From the sequence record MW250786: 64,000 nt of DNA, one strand, 5' to 3'. This DNA is from Escherichia phage UPEC06. Shown in pieces: positions 47,939-56,980 of the stretch. Numbering within the stretch: the stretch's first letter is position 1; every line of letters begins with the position of its first letter. The notes beneath the pieces were generated by a model. The model did no database searches and was not told where the DNA came from. It was given only the letters and a program-made list of their open reading frames with translations. A program made the translations under genes and the position numbers.

Positions 47939-48106
47939 GAGAACTTGAGGGGTTTTTCATTTTTAAGATCGTAACCTGAAAGCTGTTCACGAGAACTTGA
48001 GAGGTTTTTCGATACAGCGATTAGGAACTTGAGAGGTTTTTCATTTTTGAGTTTGCATTTGAAATTGAGAACTTGAGCTACAGGCCAGATACTTGAGGGG
48101 TTTTTC
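47939..48106. repeat. iteron-like direct repeats, 4 full and 1 partial copy of GAGAACTTGAGRGGTTTTTC
   Basis: Copies at ~47939, 47991, 48024, 48067 (partial), 48088 with irregular spacing. Confidence 0.65.
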
Positions 48107-48469
48107 AAATTTCAGTTTCATTTCAAAATTGAAAAATTTTTTATATGCACAAAAATATAGGGCTTGTCAAGGTCTTTGATAAGAAATTTTCAGGAGGTGA
48201 GAATTATTCTCATTTGCAGAATAACGGGCAGGGGTGGTGATTGCTTCGTGAAACCGTCCTCATCACCATGAATATATAATAGCACCGTTTTTGATTAGAA
48301 AGCAACAACATTTTAAAAATATTTTTCGGTAAATTTTGGGCGAGCTACCGGCGATCCACCTTACAACCTGGCGGCGATGCCTGGTATGTTAGCCCCGCCT
48401 TTACGCCGTGGGGATGGCGATTGTTTTCCTATGTAAGCATTATGGCCCCTGGCGGGGCCGTTGTCAACA

Positions 48470-48754
48470 TTATTTTTTATCTTCTTGCCAAGTAAGAACG
48501 CCTAACCAAAAATACACGTCGCCCTTAGCGTTCGGTGGTATCTTGCTTTCTTTCCCGCCAGCACACGCCCAAAGGTAACCATCGGTAAACGTATCAAGGT
48601 AGTCCATATCTTCCACCTTTCGATCCGCCAGGTTAAGGATAGTATTAACGTCTAAGCCTGTTGCGCTTGCTACCTGGTAGACCGTGCCACCTTGCCAGCC
48701 TAACGAGTGCATAAGATGCAAAGTAGTAGTAGTAGTAGTGGTGATGGTAGTCAT
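48470..48754 (-). CDS. hypothetical protein in locally GC-rich island
   Basis: 94-aa ORF; N-terminal poly-Thr encoded by (ACT)n-type repeat; only - strand ORF in this region. Confidence 0.4.
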   Translation of the reverse strand: MTTITTTTTTTLHLMHSLGWQGGTVYQVASATGLDVNTILNLADRKVEDMDYLDTFTDGYLWACAGGKESKIPPNAKGDVYFWLGVLTWQEDKK

Positions 48755-48947
48755 AGTATCGCCCTTTCTTCTGTTGTGCGCCCTGGTTGGCGCGGTAAAA
48801 AGACTATAAATGATCTTCCTTTATATAGCAAGGAAAAAGAAATTAAAAAAGATTAAAAATAATGTTGACGTAGTGAATCTGGTAGCGTAGTATTCATCTC
48901 ATCGAACGGCGACATGCCAACAAGTAAACAAATAAAAGGGCAACAAA

Positions 48948-49133
48948 ATGAATAAAAGAATTACAAACGTAAATCCTGGCGAACGTTTCCAACATGAGGG
49001 GCATTTGCACACTGTAGTAAGCAACAAGGAGCATACTGTAAGAGTTAATCGAAATATCTTGCAATTACGTGATCGTTTTGGTATCGTACAGACTTACACT
49101 TTCGAAGCAAATAAAACAGTTAAAACTTTCTGA
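48948..49133 (+). CDS. hypothetical small protein
   Basis: 61-aa ORF after TTGACG/TAGTAT promoter-like pair. Confidence 0.45.
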   Translation: MNKRITNVNPGERFQHEGHLHTVVSNKEHTVRVNRNILQLRDRFGIVQTYTFEANKTVKTF

Positions 49134-49144
49134 GGATTTTTAAA

Positions 49145-49480
49145 ATGGCACTAGTCACTAAGTATTTCATTGAAGGCCAGCAAGCGGCGCAACAAGGTTA
49201 CAGCCGTGTTACTCGTTACAAGAAAGAAGAAAACAAGGTTGAATTTTTCAAAGGGTATGACAGTGTAAACCGTGATGCAATGGTCCTACGCTTCGAATCC
49301 GATCCAGTGGGCAAGCCTGTTACCTCTTACCAGGCATCACCGCAGATTGTTTATGTGGGGACTGTTAAAGAATGCAACGACAAATTGATCACATTGAAAC
49401 AATCGGATCGTGCTGGTTACTTTGTTGTTTACACTGCCGATGGTAAGCCTTACCAGTACGAAAGCAAATATTTTAAATAA
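49145..49480 (+). CDS. hypothetical protein
   Basis: 111-aa ORF with RBS. Confidence 0.5.
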   Translation: MALVTKYFIEGQQAAQQGYSRVTRYKKEENKVEFFKGYDSVNRDAMVLRFESDPVGKPVTSYQASPQIVYVGTVKECNDKLITLKQSDRAGYFVVYTADGKPYQYESKYFK

Positions 49481-49486
49481 AAAGTA

Positions 49487-49543
49487 TTGACAGAAAGAAA
49501 GAAGTAGATTAAATTATACCACGTAACGCCGCAATCGTGCGGC
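49487..49543 (+). promoter_or_regulatory. promoter-stem-loop cassette (TTGACA-17-TAAATT + leader hairpin)
   Basis: -35 TTGACA, 17-nt spacer, -10 TAAATT, then GCCGCA-atcg-TGCGGC hairpin; approx coords. Confidence 0.6.
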
Positions 49544-49570
49544 AATAAAAACTGATAGGAATTGAACAAA

Positions 49571-49783
49571 ATGGCTAAAATCATCATTAAAAAATCCCGT
49601 GTATCTTCTGTTGCTCGCGTCGAAATGGTAAACACTATGCCAGGTTACCGGACTCGCGAGGAAGCCCGAAGCGTTGCAAAACAGATTAAAGCCCGTGGCT
49701 TAACTGTAAGTGCACCGACCAAAACACAAGAAGGATGGAAGGTATCTATTAAATCCGGTACACTGTCGATCAATAAACACTAA
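49571..49783 (+). CDS. hypothetical small basic protein
   Basis: Track ORF starts at TTG 49562; in-frame ATG 49571 follows RBS. Confidence 0.5.
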   Translation: MAKIIIKKSRVSSVARVEMVNTMPGYRTREEARSVAKQIKARGLTVSAPTKTQEGWKVSIKSGTLSINKH

Positions 49784-49846
49784 TAGCCAAAACATTAACG
49801 GGGCAAATTTGCCCCTCACTAAATAACATTATCCAGGAGTATTAAC

Positions 49847-50005
49847 ATGACTAGCCAAAACACTAACATTGAAAAAATCAACATTACGAAAGAGCGTAAA
49901 GCATGGAATGAAACATTGAATCTCAAAGGTAAGAAGCTGAATAAAACTAAACGCGATCGCAGTACAAAGCGGGCCTTTTGTGAATTTACAGCGGATCAAG
50001 AATGA
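49847..50005 (+). CDS. hypothetical small basic protein (below track cut-off)
   Basis: 52-codon ORF read by eye after GGGGCAAATTTGCCCC hairpin and GGAG RBS; stop overlaps next start. Confidence 0.35.
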   Translation: MTSQNTNIEKINITKERKAWNETLNLKGKKLNKTKRDRSTKRAFCEFTADQE

Positions 50006-50301
50006 TGATTAAAGTTATTGCACTTACTGCTTTATTGTGTATGCCGTTTTTGGCGCACGGTACTAAGTTTTACGGTGCTAACTTGATAGATTGTAAAGCT
50101 CATATGCTGGACCATGAAACAGGTAATAAATTTGTTAAGCCCTTCCAGATCAATCCGGCGGCATTTGTTGACGGTGTTTTATATCAGGAAGGTAAAGCCA
50201 CTACGCTGATAATGCACTATGATCCAACAACAAAGAAAGGTAGTCTATCAATCCAGGTTGGAGAGGTGGAAGAGTTTTCCGGTGAAATAGTCTGTAATTA
50301 A
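50002..50301 (+). CDS. secreted small protein
   Basis: 99 aa with N-terminal signal peptide MMIKVIALTALLCMPFLAHG. Confidence 0.5.
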   Translation: MMIKVIALTALLCMPFLAHGTKFYGANLIDCKAHMLDHETGNKFVKPFQINPAAFVDGVLYQEGKATTLIMHYDPTTKKGSLSIQVGEVEEFSGEIVCN

Positions 50302-50307
50302 TATCTT

Positions 50308-50339
50308 GAGGCCCGTCATTGTACGGGCCTTTTTCTTTT
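50308..50339 (+). terminator. Rho-independent terminator
   Basis: GAGGCCCGT-cattgt-ACGGGCCT hairpin plus TTTTCTTTT. Confidence 0.7.
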
Positions 50340-50549
50340 ATGAAAATAATATTGAAAATGTTGTTGACAGTGACAACAAAAAGCGTAGAATGTATCACAT
50401 CAGGACGGGGCAACATAAGTAGACAACTTGTAAGTCGTAAGAAAACCAAGTGACCGTCAAAAATAGCTTGAAATGAAACATAAATAGTAATAAGATACTT
50501 ACATCGAAGGCGGGAATATCTCCCGATTCACAAATAAGAGAGAAATATT

Positions 50550-50822
50550 ATGGCATCATATAGCGCAACAATGATCGTAACGGGCACAACTGGTAAACCT
50601 ATGAGCGGTGGCGGATCATTCGCTAACATCAATATTGACGGGCGTTTATCCCTGGATGCCGCGATCGCCGTAGCGCAAGAAACATTTAAGAAAGAATGTA
50701 TTTTCAACAAGCAAGAGTATCTAGGCTTCGCTATTGAGAAAACTACTCGTTTTGTTGACTATAACAACCCTTTGATGGTTGATACTAACCTAAAAGCGAA
50801 AGATGTAGATTTCTTATTGTAA
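50550..50822 (+). CDS. hypothetical protein
   Basis: 90-aa ORF after promoter-like TTGACA and CGGGA-atatc-TCCCG leader hairpin. Confidence 0.5.
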   Translation: MASYSATMIVTGTTGKPMSGGGSFANINIDGRLSLDAAIAVAQETFKKECIFNKQEYLGFAIEKTTRFVDYNNPLMVDTNLKAKDVDFLL

Positions 50823-50867
50823 GTAATTGACAGCGGCAAGATTTACGAATTTTGTAGCAAATAGTAC

Positions 50868-50926
50868 TTGCAAAGTAATTAGATTAACGTATAATGTTTT
50901 ACATCGAGAGCGGCAATAGTGCCGCC
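50868..50926 (+). promoter_or_regulatory. promoter-stem-loop cassette (TTGCAA-16-TATAAT + GCGGCAATAGTGCCGC hairpin)
   Basis: Consensus -10 TATAAT with conserved leader hairpin ~15 nt downstream; approx coords. Confidence 0.6.
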
Positions 50927-50948
50927 TCACATCAAAGAGATTAAAATT

Positions 50949-51176
50949 ATGGCTATCCTTATTGTTCGTGTATCCGGTACAGTTGGTAACTCCCAAGTTG
51001 TGGCGGTTGTAACCAGCAAAAACATAAATGAGGCAAGCAATGTATTAAACAGATGGGCCGTTGCTAATTTTGGTGAGTGGTCAAGTGTTGAGTATATCGA
51101 ATCTTACCAGGTGCCAACTATTAGCCTAACCGATCTCAATGTTGATCGCTTGTTATGCCTGGATGAATTGATTTAA
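50949..51176 (+). CDS. hypothetical protein
   Basis: Start set to ATG 50949 (MAILIV) after RBS; track N-extension overlaps the hairpin. Confidence 0.5.
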   Translation: MAILIVRVSGTVGNSQVVAVVTSKNINEASNVLNRWAVANFGEWSSVEYIESYQVPTISLTDLNVDRLLCLDELI

Positions 51177-51260
51177 AAAGTAATTGCAAAGTAAGTCGAA
51201 TAAAGTATAATACATTACATCACGGGGAGAAATTATTATCCCCAGTAAGAGGAAACTAAA

Positions 51261-51404
51261 ATGAAAACTTGTCAGTGTGGTAAAAAGTCTATTGCTGGTC
51301 TGCGTCGCGGTGTTGCTTTATGCCAGTATCATTACAATACTCAAGTATGGGGTAAAATGTGGGCTGACCAGGTTGAAGCAGCAAAGAAAGCAAAAAATAG
51401 TTGA
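51261..51404 (+). CDS. hypothetical small Cys-containing protein (below track cut-off)
   Basis: 47-codon ORF read by eye after promoter/hairpin and GAGGA RBS. Confidence 0.35.
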   Translation: MKTCQCGKKSIAGLRRGVALCQYHYNTQVWGKMWADQVEAAKKAKNS

Positions 51405-51457
51405 CAGCAAGAAGAAAAAGAGTAAACTGTATTACGTAGGGCGGCAATAGCGCCGCC
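51401..51457 (+). promoter_or_regulatory. promoter-stem-loop cassette (TTGACA-16-TAAACT + GGGCGGCAATAGCGCCGCC hairpin)
   Basis: As other cassettes; approx coords. Confidence 0.55.
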
Positions 51458-51478
51458 ACATCAAAGAGAGAAATCAAA

Positions 51479-51697
51479 ATGGCTAATATCCGCACCGTGT
51501 TAAAAAATGCAAAAGAAGTTTTATTTTCTGACGATGAATATTTTAATCGCAATATCAAAGGTGTTCGGAACATCGAGGACGTAAAGGATTTATTTGGAAT
51601 CAAAGGTAACGTATATCGTAAAGGATTGCACGGTAATAATTTTGAATATAAATTAGCTGATAGTGATTATAATTTTACACTAACAATCATTAGTTGA
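51479..51697 (+). CDS. hypothetical protein
   Basis: 72-aa ORF after cassette. Confidence 0.5.
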   Translation: MANIRTVLKNAKEVLFSDDEYFNRNIKGVRNIEDVKDLFGIKGNVYRKGLHGNNFEYKLADSDYNFTLTIIS

Positions 51698-51790
51698 AAG
51701 TTTTATCACAGCACTATTGACTTAAGCGGATAGTGCTGGAATAATAACTTTTATCAAGTACTACAAATCAAACAAAGAGAGAATACAATC

Positions 51791-52030
51791 ATGGCTAATA
51801 ACAAAACTTTCAACGGTCACAAAAACAAAACTCATTGGAATGTTTCCTTGTGGATTAATAACGATATATCACTGTATCGATTGGCTAAAGATTTCATCGC
51901 CGATAATACTAATCGTTATGATGCGGCCCGCCACATGATGTTATTTTTAGAACAAATTGGACAAGATAAAACACCGGACGGCTTCAAATATAGTACCACT
52001 GCAATCCGTGCCGCGATGGTTGGAATGTAA
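51791..52030 (+). CDS. hypothetical protein
   Basis: 79-aa ORF with AAAGAGAGA RBS. Confidence 0.5.
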   Translation: MANNKTFNGHKNKTHWNVSLWINNDISLYRLAKDFIADNTNRYDAARHMMLFLEQIGQDKTPDGFKYSTTAIRAAMVGM

Positions 52031-52043
52031 AAAGAAAAAGTAG

Positions 52044-52100
52044 TTGACATAAACAAGCAAAACAAGTAAATTAATCACATCAAGCGGGGAATGGCCCCGC
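52044..52100 (+). promoter_or_regulatory. promoter-stem-loop cassette (GTAGTTGACA-17-TAAATT + GCGGGGAATGGCCCCGC hairpin)
   Basis: As other cassettes; approx coords. Confidence 0.6.
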
Positions 52101-52124
52101 TAAAAAAGAAGAGAGAGAAATCAA

Positions 52125-52460
52125 ATGGGCTTTTTATCTATCGTACAGGCTAACTTCGAAAATGATTTTATTGCTCAAGTTATCAACATTGACAAAGGTA
52201 TCCCAAATATCAATTTTGGTTTCAATAGTGGTGGTTATGAGAGATACCAGTATTTTGTAACTGACGATGGAAGTGTTTTAGGTATCAATACGGTGATGGC
52301 TAATATCCAAAACATTAATTTCAATGATCCCGATGAGCGCTCATTCTATATCGTCGGTGTCCAGGTGAACTACAATGATGACTCTTTAATCGATGATTAC
52401 ACTGGCGAGACGTTAGAAAGTGCTTACAGTGACGAATCAGAAGAAGAAGAAGAAGAATAA
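52125..52460 (+). CDS. hypothetical acidic protein
   Basis: 111 aa, C-terminal SDESEEEEEE. Confidence 0.5.
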   Translation: MGFLSIVQANFENDFIAQVINIDKGIPNINFGFNSGGYERYQYFVTDDGSVLGINTVMANIQNINFNDPDERSFYIVGVQVNYNDDSLIDDYTGETLESAYSDESEEEEEE

Positions 52461-52474
52461 GATTAAAAAAGTAG

Positions 52475-52532
52475 TTGACTGAAAGACTACAAAGAAGTAA
52501 GATAATTAACGAATAGGGGGAACATCTCCCCC
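52475..52532 (+). promoter_or_regulatory. promoter-stem-loop cassette (GTAGTTGACT-17-TAAGAT + GGGGGAACATCTCCCCC hairpin)
   Basis: As other cassettes; approx coords. Confidence 0.6.
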
Positions 52533-52558
52533 GTAAACAAAAGAAAGAGAGATTAAAA

Positions 52559-52741
52559 ATGACAGAACTGATTGCAACTACAAAGATCGAAGGCGTTAAC
52601 GATGTTACTTTGTCCTATGATCCTTCTACTCTGGTTTATGTTGTGAAATATGGCAGAATGATCGCAGAACTTGATTGCATTGATGAGGCTTTCGAAAAAT
52701 ATTTCGAACTTATCAATATTGCTTATGATGACTACCGTTAA
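52559..52741 (+). CDS. hypothetical protein
   Basis: 60-aa ORF after cassette. Confidence 0.45.
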   Translation: MTELIATTKIEGVNDVTLSYDPSTLVYVVKYGRMIAELDCIDEAFEKYFELINIAYDDYR

Positions 52742-52771
52742 CATACAACGCAAAAATAGAAAGGTGATAAA

Positions 52772-52981
52772 ATGATCAATGAAAAAACAATCAATGACGT
52801 TCGAGAGGAAGTTTTAGCCGTTGCCGTAGAATCTGGCGCACGTCAGGCATTTTGGAAAGCTACTGATCTTTACCCTGAACAAGCTGAAAATATTTTAAAC
52901 CAGGTCAGCGTTAAACTCGAAGAGATGGGCAAAGTCAAAACAAGTGAGCGCCTCGACCAAATCATTAAAGAAAGTTTTTGA
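52772..52981 (+). CDS. hypothetical protein
   Basis: 69-aa ORF with AAAGGTGA RBS. Confidence 0.45.
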   Translation: MINEKTINDVREEVLAVAVESGARQAFWKATDLYPEQAENILNQVSVKLEEMGKVKTSERLDQIIKESF

Positions 52982-53045
52982 TTGACTTTTAACATTGCCC
53001 CTATTAGTATTCAGGGGCAAGATTAAAAGAAACAAGGACACAAAG

Positions 53046-53357
53046 ATGAACGATATTGTTAGTATCATAGGTTTACTGGGTATAGGCTACGTCGCCACAT
53101 CAATTACGATGAGTTACTTCAATAAAAGGCGTGATAAAATGTTTTGTTACTTTGAATACCGTTACCGTGGTAAGGTTGGATCATCCCGTGACTATGGTCC
53201 GATGTTAGAGATTGATGCGGTTGGCGCTATGCAGTATCGCCAGTCACTAGGGGCTGAAATAATTTTTGAAGTGTACCGCAGTACAGAAGAAGAGATCCAC
53301 GACATTATTGACGAGCGTCAATATTACCACGAACAACAAACTAAACGCAGGGCTTAA
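53046..53357 (+). CDS. hypothetical membrane-anchored protein
   Basis: Start set to ATG 53046 (MNDIVS); N-terminal hydrophobic helix. Confidence 0.45.
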   Translation: MNDIVSIIGLLGIGYVATSITMSYFNKRRDKMFCYFEYRYRGKVGSSRDYGPMLEIDAVGAMQYRQSLGAEIIFEVYRSTEEEIHDIIDERQYYHEQQTKRRA

Positions 53358-53507
53358 CATATGACTAATACAAACCGACAAAAAATCATCAAAACTAAAA
53401 AACTTGATTTCAATACTTATCAAGAATGCAAGAAGAAAGTAAAAGAAAAGCGAGAGAACAAGCGGCACGAATGGATCACCAATACAATCGATCTTTAATA
53501 ACAATCT

Positions 53508-53531
53508 AAGCCCATTATGTGGGCTTTTTCT
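53508..53531 (+). terminator. Rho-independent terminator
   Basis: AAGCCCA-ttatg-TGGGCTT hairpin plus TTTTCTT. Confidence 0.6.
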
Positions 53532-53545
53532 TATGGAGAACAGAC

Positions 53546-53773
53546 ATGATTAATATTCTTTCACTGACAGAAGTGATCCGTTTCCTCAAAAACAACGCCC
53601 TGGGGACTTCTATAACGTATCTAATCCCGCAAGGTAAAGATTATGCCAGCGTTACACGTTCAATCACCGCTACGGCTTCCAGGGAAGAAATAAAGGTCAG
53701 CGTAAGCCAATTGTTGATTGTTGATCCATCATCTTGCGAGACTATCCAGGCGGTGAAGATAATTAGAAAATAA
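53546..53773 (+). CDS. hypothetical protein
   Basis: Start set to ATG 53546 (MINILS) after GGAGAA RBS. Confidence 0.45.
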   Translation: MINILSLTEVIRFLKNNALGTSITYLIPQGKDYASVTRSITATASREEIKVSVSQLLIVDPSSCETIQAVKIIRK

Positions 53774-53858
53774 TTTAAAAAACTTCTTGCATCCATTATT
53801 GAGGGGGTGTATATTAGTTTCATCAAGACGAGATAAAGATAACCCAAAGGTGATTATT

Positions 53859-54152
53859 ATGTTATACGAAGTTTTTGCTGGATTTTGTTTTTATGGTGCT
53901 GCCGCCGTTCGCCAGTGTGATGATTATGTGGTTGAGTCATTTGATGATCCTTTGGCGTGTGAGATTGTTACTACGGCATACGAGCAAGATCGCCGTTGGA
54001 TTAATCCGGCCTGTATCGCATCGCCTGAGGTTGAACCTATGCCGGAAGGTGAGGAATTAACAGAGGAAGACTTGCAAGAAGTAAAAGAAGTTATGAGCTA
54101 CATGATTGATAATCTGGACGCTGAAAACTTACAACGTGCATTGCAAAAATAA
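53859..54152 (+). CDS. hypothetical acidic protein
   Basis: Start set to ATG 53859 (MLYEVF) after AAAGGTGA RBS. Confidence 0.45.
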   Translation: MLYEVFAGFCFYGAAAVRQCDDYVVESFDDPLACEIVTTAYEQDRRWINPACIASPEVEPMPEGEELTEEDLQEVKEVMSYMIDNLDAENLQRALQK

Positions 54153-54165
54153 TTTGAAAAAGTAG

Positions 54166-54223
54166 TTGACTGAAAGCAACAAAACAAGTAAATTATTCAC
54201 ATCAGGCGGGGAATGGCCCCGCC
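54166..54223 (+). promoter_or_regulatory. promoter-stem-loop cassette (GTAGTTGACT-17-TAAATT + GGCGGGGAATGGCCCCGCC hairpin)
   Basis: Near-identical to the cassette at 52044; approx coords. Confidence 0.6.
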
Positions 54224-54238
54224 AAACAAAAAGAGATT

Positions 54239-54619
54239 ATGAAAATGGCTAAAAATACTAACGTTTGTGATTACGCTGACCTCGTTACTCTGAATGCAGA
54301 TTCTAAAATCAACTTGTCAGATGTGGAAGCGGTACACGTCCTGGCACGCCGTTGGTTCCAACAATCCTACGGTAATACATATTTTTCTTTAAGTGTAGAC
54401 GTGGAGATCGCTGGTAAATTGGTTGAAGTGGTTAGCGTGCCGTTCAAATATGGATATGGTGACCATTTCGATACCGTGGCACTGGAAGAATTTAGCAAGG
54501 TTATCAACCTGGAAGGAAAGGAGTTTTCAGAGTATAGTTACCTTTCCCGTTTTTGCCGTGACAATAACATCCCTGTTTATTCGAACGCTGTTGATGTTAA
54601 ACGCAAAAAAGATATGTGA
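54239..54619 (+). CDS. hypothetical protein
   Basis: 126-aa ORF after cassette (ATG 54239 or 54245). Confidence 0.5.
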   Translation: MKMAKNTNVCDYADLVTLNADSKINLSDVEAVHVLARRWFQQSYGNTYFSLSVDVEIAGKLVEVVSVPFKYGYGDHFDTVALEEFSKVINLEGKEFSEYSYLSRFCRDNNIPVYSNAVDVKRKKDM

Positions 54620-54706
54620 TTATTATTGACAGCACACAAAAAACAAGTAAATTGTATCACATAGAAAGCGGGAACACTTCCCGCTTATATCCTAAAGGTA
54701 AGAGAA

Positions 54707-54958
54707 ATGTTCGAACAAATCAAAACTACAACGGCTAACGTAACGGGTACAGTATCTCACTTCATTAGTGATGAATCGCGGGGCGTTCCTTATTGTGCGG
54801 TGCATGTAAACAAAAATGGCGACTACTGGTTAACGGCGTATGGATCTTATTCTTTCGGACGTAGTGCACACCAAAAGATCCTGGATAAAGTGCAGCCAAC
54901 GGGTAAAAATATTACCGCTGAAATGTTTAATAAATCACTTGCAAAGTTAAAAGCGTAA
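54707..54958 (+). CDS. hypothetical protein
   Basis: 83-aa ORF after TTGACA/TAAATT promoter and GCGGGAACACTTCCCGC hairpin. Confidence 0.5.
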   Translation: MFEQIKTTTANVTGTVSHFISDESRGVPYCAVHVNKNGDYWLTAYGSYSFGRSAHQKILDKVQPTGKNITAEMFNKSLAKLKA

Positions 54959-55259
54959 AGTATAATATATCACATCAGGCGGGGAGTGTTTCCCCGTCAC
55001 AAAATGAAAGGTTAACAAAATGAAAGCAAGCATGATGGTAGCGACTGTAAACATTATCATTGGTAACGGAACTGGACACCACGAAATCATAAAAAACAAG
55101 GCTTACTCTATTAGCTCCCTCAAAAACGACATGCGTTTATCTTTGGGCCAAATCCGCGCTTACTTTCGTGAAGGCTATCAGAAAAAAGTAGCAAATTAAT
55201 AGTTGACGCAAAGGTCATTTTAATTTAATCTATAACAAATCGACAAATGAGGCATAATC

Positions 55260-55562
55260 ATGTTTACCAAAGCAAATGAGTATTTCTTTTTAGATTCACT
55301 TGACGAAAGTATCTTTGTAGCTATGGGCAAAAAGTCAATGGTCTTTAAACGCAAAAAAGATAATGGTGACTTTGAAGATAGCGAAGCCGTGCTAACAGTC
55401 AAGGAAGGTAAAGAACCTGCTACGTCTGTTTTAATCTATACCTTGACCAACGGCGGTGAAGTTATCGCATCAGGTAGTAGCCATCCGATCCCAAAATCGG
55501 AAGTGAACACTGTAATTATTGGTTTTGTTGCAGCTTGTTTCTACGAGGAAAAAAGCAAATGA
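55260..55562 (+). CDS. hypothetical protein
   Basis: 100-aa ORF after TTGACG promoter-like site. Confidence 0.5.
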   Translation: MFTKANEYFFLDSLDESIFVAMGKKSMVFKRKKDNGDFEDSEAVLTVKEGKEPATSVLIYTLTNGGEVIASGSSHPIPKSEVNTVIIGFVAACFYEEKSK

Positions 55563-55723
55563 ATCCGCAAAATTTATCTTATGTAAATTGGCCCAATAAG
55601 GCTGAGAAGAAAGAAAACTTGAAACGTCTGGTTAACTTTTATCGTGAAGCTGATCATAGTAAAGTAACAGCGGTTAAAATGGCAAAGCGCCACCTTAACA
55701 AGCCAGGTACTAAACTAATTTAA
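55559..55723 (+). CDS. hypothetical small basic protein
   Basis: Start set to ATG 55559 (MNPQN), ATGA overlap with upstream stop. Confidence 0.4.
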   Translation: MNPQNLSYVNWPNKAEKKENLKRLVNFYREADHSKVTAVKMAKRHLNKPGTKLI

Positions 55724-55794
55724 AAACTTGTTGACGTTGGCTTGTGCCGTACCTATAATGGACGGCATAGGCAAACGAAATAGGATTTATAGAA

Positions 55795-56001
55795 ATGAAA
55801 AAGAAAATTGTATATAACTTTGTTAGCTTTATTGCGACTACCCTCCTGGCTATTGCAGGGCTATCTTTAATCGTCGCCGTAGGATCTTTGTTTCCTGGGG
55901 CAATAGGTATTAGCATAGCTTTCGCTGCATTGTCTGTTTTTACAGGCTATGCAGGGATTAAAGTTATTTACTGGTCAGAAGATTATAAATATTCAAACTA
56001 A
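55795..56001 (+). CDS. small two-TM membrane protein
   Basis: 68 aa, two hydrophobic helices; after TTGACG-N-TATAAT promoter. Confidence 0.5.
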   Translation: MKKKIVYNFVSFIATTLLAIAGLSLIVAVGSLFPGAIGISIAFAALSVFTGYAGIKVIYWSEDYKYSN

Positions 56002-56391
56002 ATTGAGGTGTAAGGTGTATAAATTATTGGCCTGGGAAACAGAATCATCGTCACCGATCAGCCGGACCTTTTTTGATTTGTGCACGGCTTACAAGCTGGC
56101 AAAGGGAGGATATCATAAGGCCCAGATCATTGATGAATTTAATGTTATCCTTTATGAATTTTAATTAATTCATGCACTTAAAAGAAAGTTATAAAAAGTT
56201 TTAAAAAGTAGTTGCAACAAACATTGGGTAGTAGTATAGTACTTTCAACGGGGCGAGATAGCCCAAAACGAAAAAACTTGAAAGGTGATTATCATGATGG
56301 CAATTTTCTTAGTTTCTCTTCTGGTCGCTGTATGTTCTGCCACTGCTGCCGCTGTACTTTACGATACACGTTACAATGAGGAATAATAAAA

Positions 56392-56610
56392 ATGAATATT
56401 GTCAACATTACAGGAAAAACTGAACTCCTTAAAAATCTTGCACCAGGTGAATCAACTGTATGGATCTGTAACAATGGAGAAGTAGAAAAACAGATGAGAT
56501 TGTTTACCGCCATTTGTTGTCGGCTGAATATGAAGGTCACACAAATCCGATCGATGATTGTTAGTGTGGGAAACATTCCGACTGAATGCATAATTCTTAC
56601 AAAGATTTAA
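56392..56610 (+). CDS. hypothetical protein
   Basis: 72-aa ORF. Confidence 0.45.
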   Translation: MNIVNITGKTELLKNLAPGESTVWICNNGEVEKQMRLFTAICCRLNMKVTQIRSMIVSVGNIPTECIILTKI

Positions 56611-56686
56611 AAATAGCTTTACAACAACGATAAAATCAGTACAATACAAATCAGGCAATAAAGCCGACTAAAGAAAGGTAAAGACC

Positions 56687-56926
56687 ATGCAAACTATTAT
56701 CACTAAATTTCTTCCTCCTACTAATACCCGTGGCGCTCGCATCAAAGCAAAATGTTGGTTGACAGATATCACTATCGCCTATCCGGTAGCCGAGATCAAC
56801 GAAGCCCATAAACTGGCGGCAGAAGTGTTAATTACAAAATTGAAGATGACAACAGATATTGATTGGAATATCGTTGCAAGCGGTGAAACACCGGACGGCA
56901 GCGGCTACGCTTTCATTATCAAATAA
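56687..56926 (+). CDS. hypothetical protein
   Basis: 79-aa ORF with RBS. Confidence 0.45.
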   Translation: MQTIITKFLPPTNTRGARIKAKCWLTDITIAYPVAEINEAHKLAAEVLITKLKMTTDIDWNIVASGETPDGSGYAFIIK

Positions 56927-56935
56927 TCATAAAGC

Positions 56936-56954
56936 GGCGGGAATAGTTCCCGCC
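56936..56954 (+). other. intercistronic leader stem-loop (GCGGGAA-tag-TTCCCGC) without promoter
   Basis: 8-bp GC-rich stem between stop of upstream ORF and RBS of next ORF; same family as promoter-linked hairpins. Confidence 0.5.
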
Positions 56955-56980
56955 TTATTAAAGAGAAAAGAGAAGATATC

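Noticed and set aside
47939-48106. CRISPR array interpretation of the GAGAACTTGAGRGGTTTTTC repeats
   Set aside because: Only 4-5 copies, irregular spacing (21-52 nt), imperfect repeats, no cas genes and no spacer-like unique units of uniform length.
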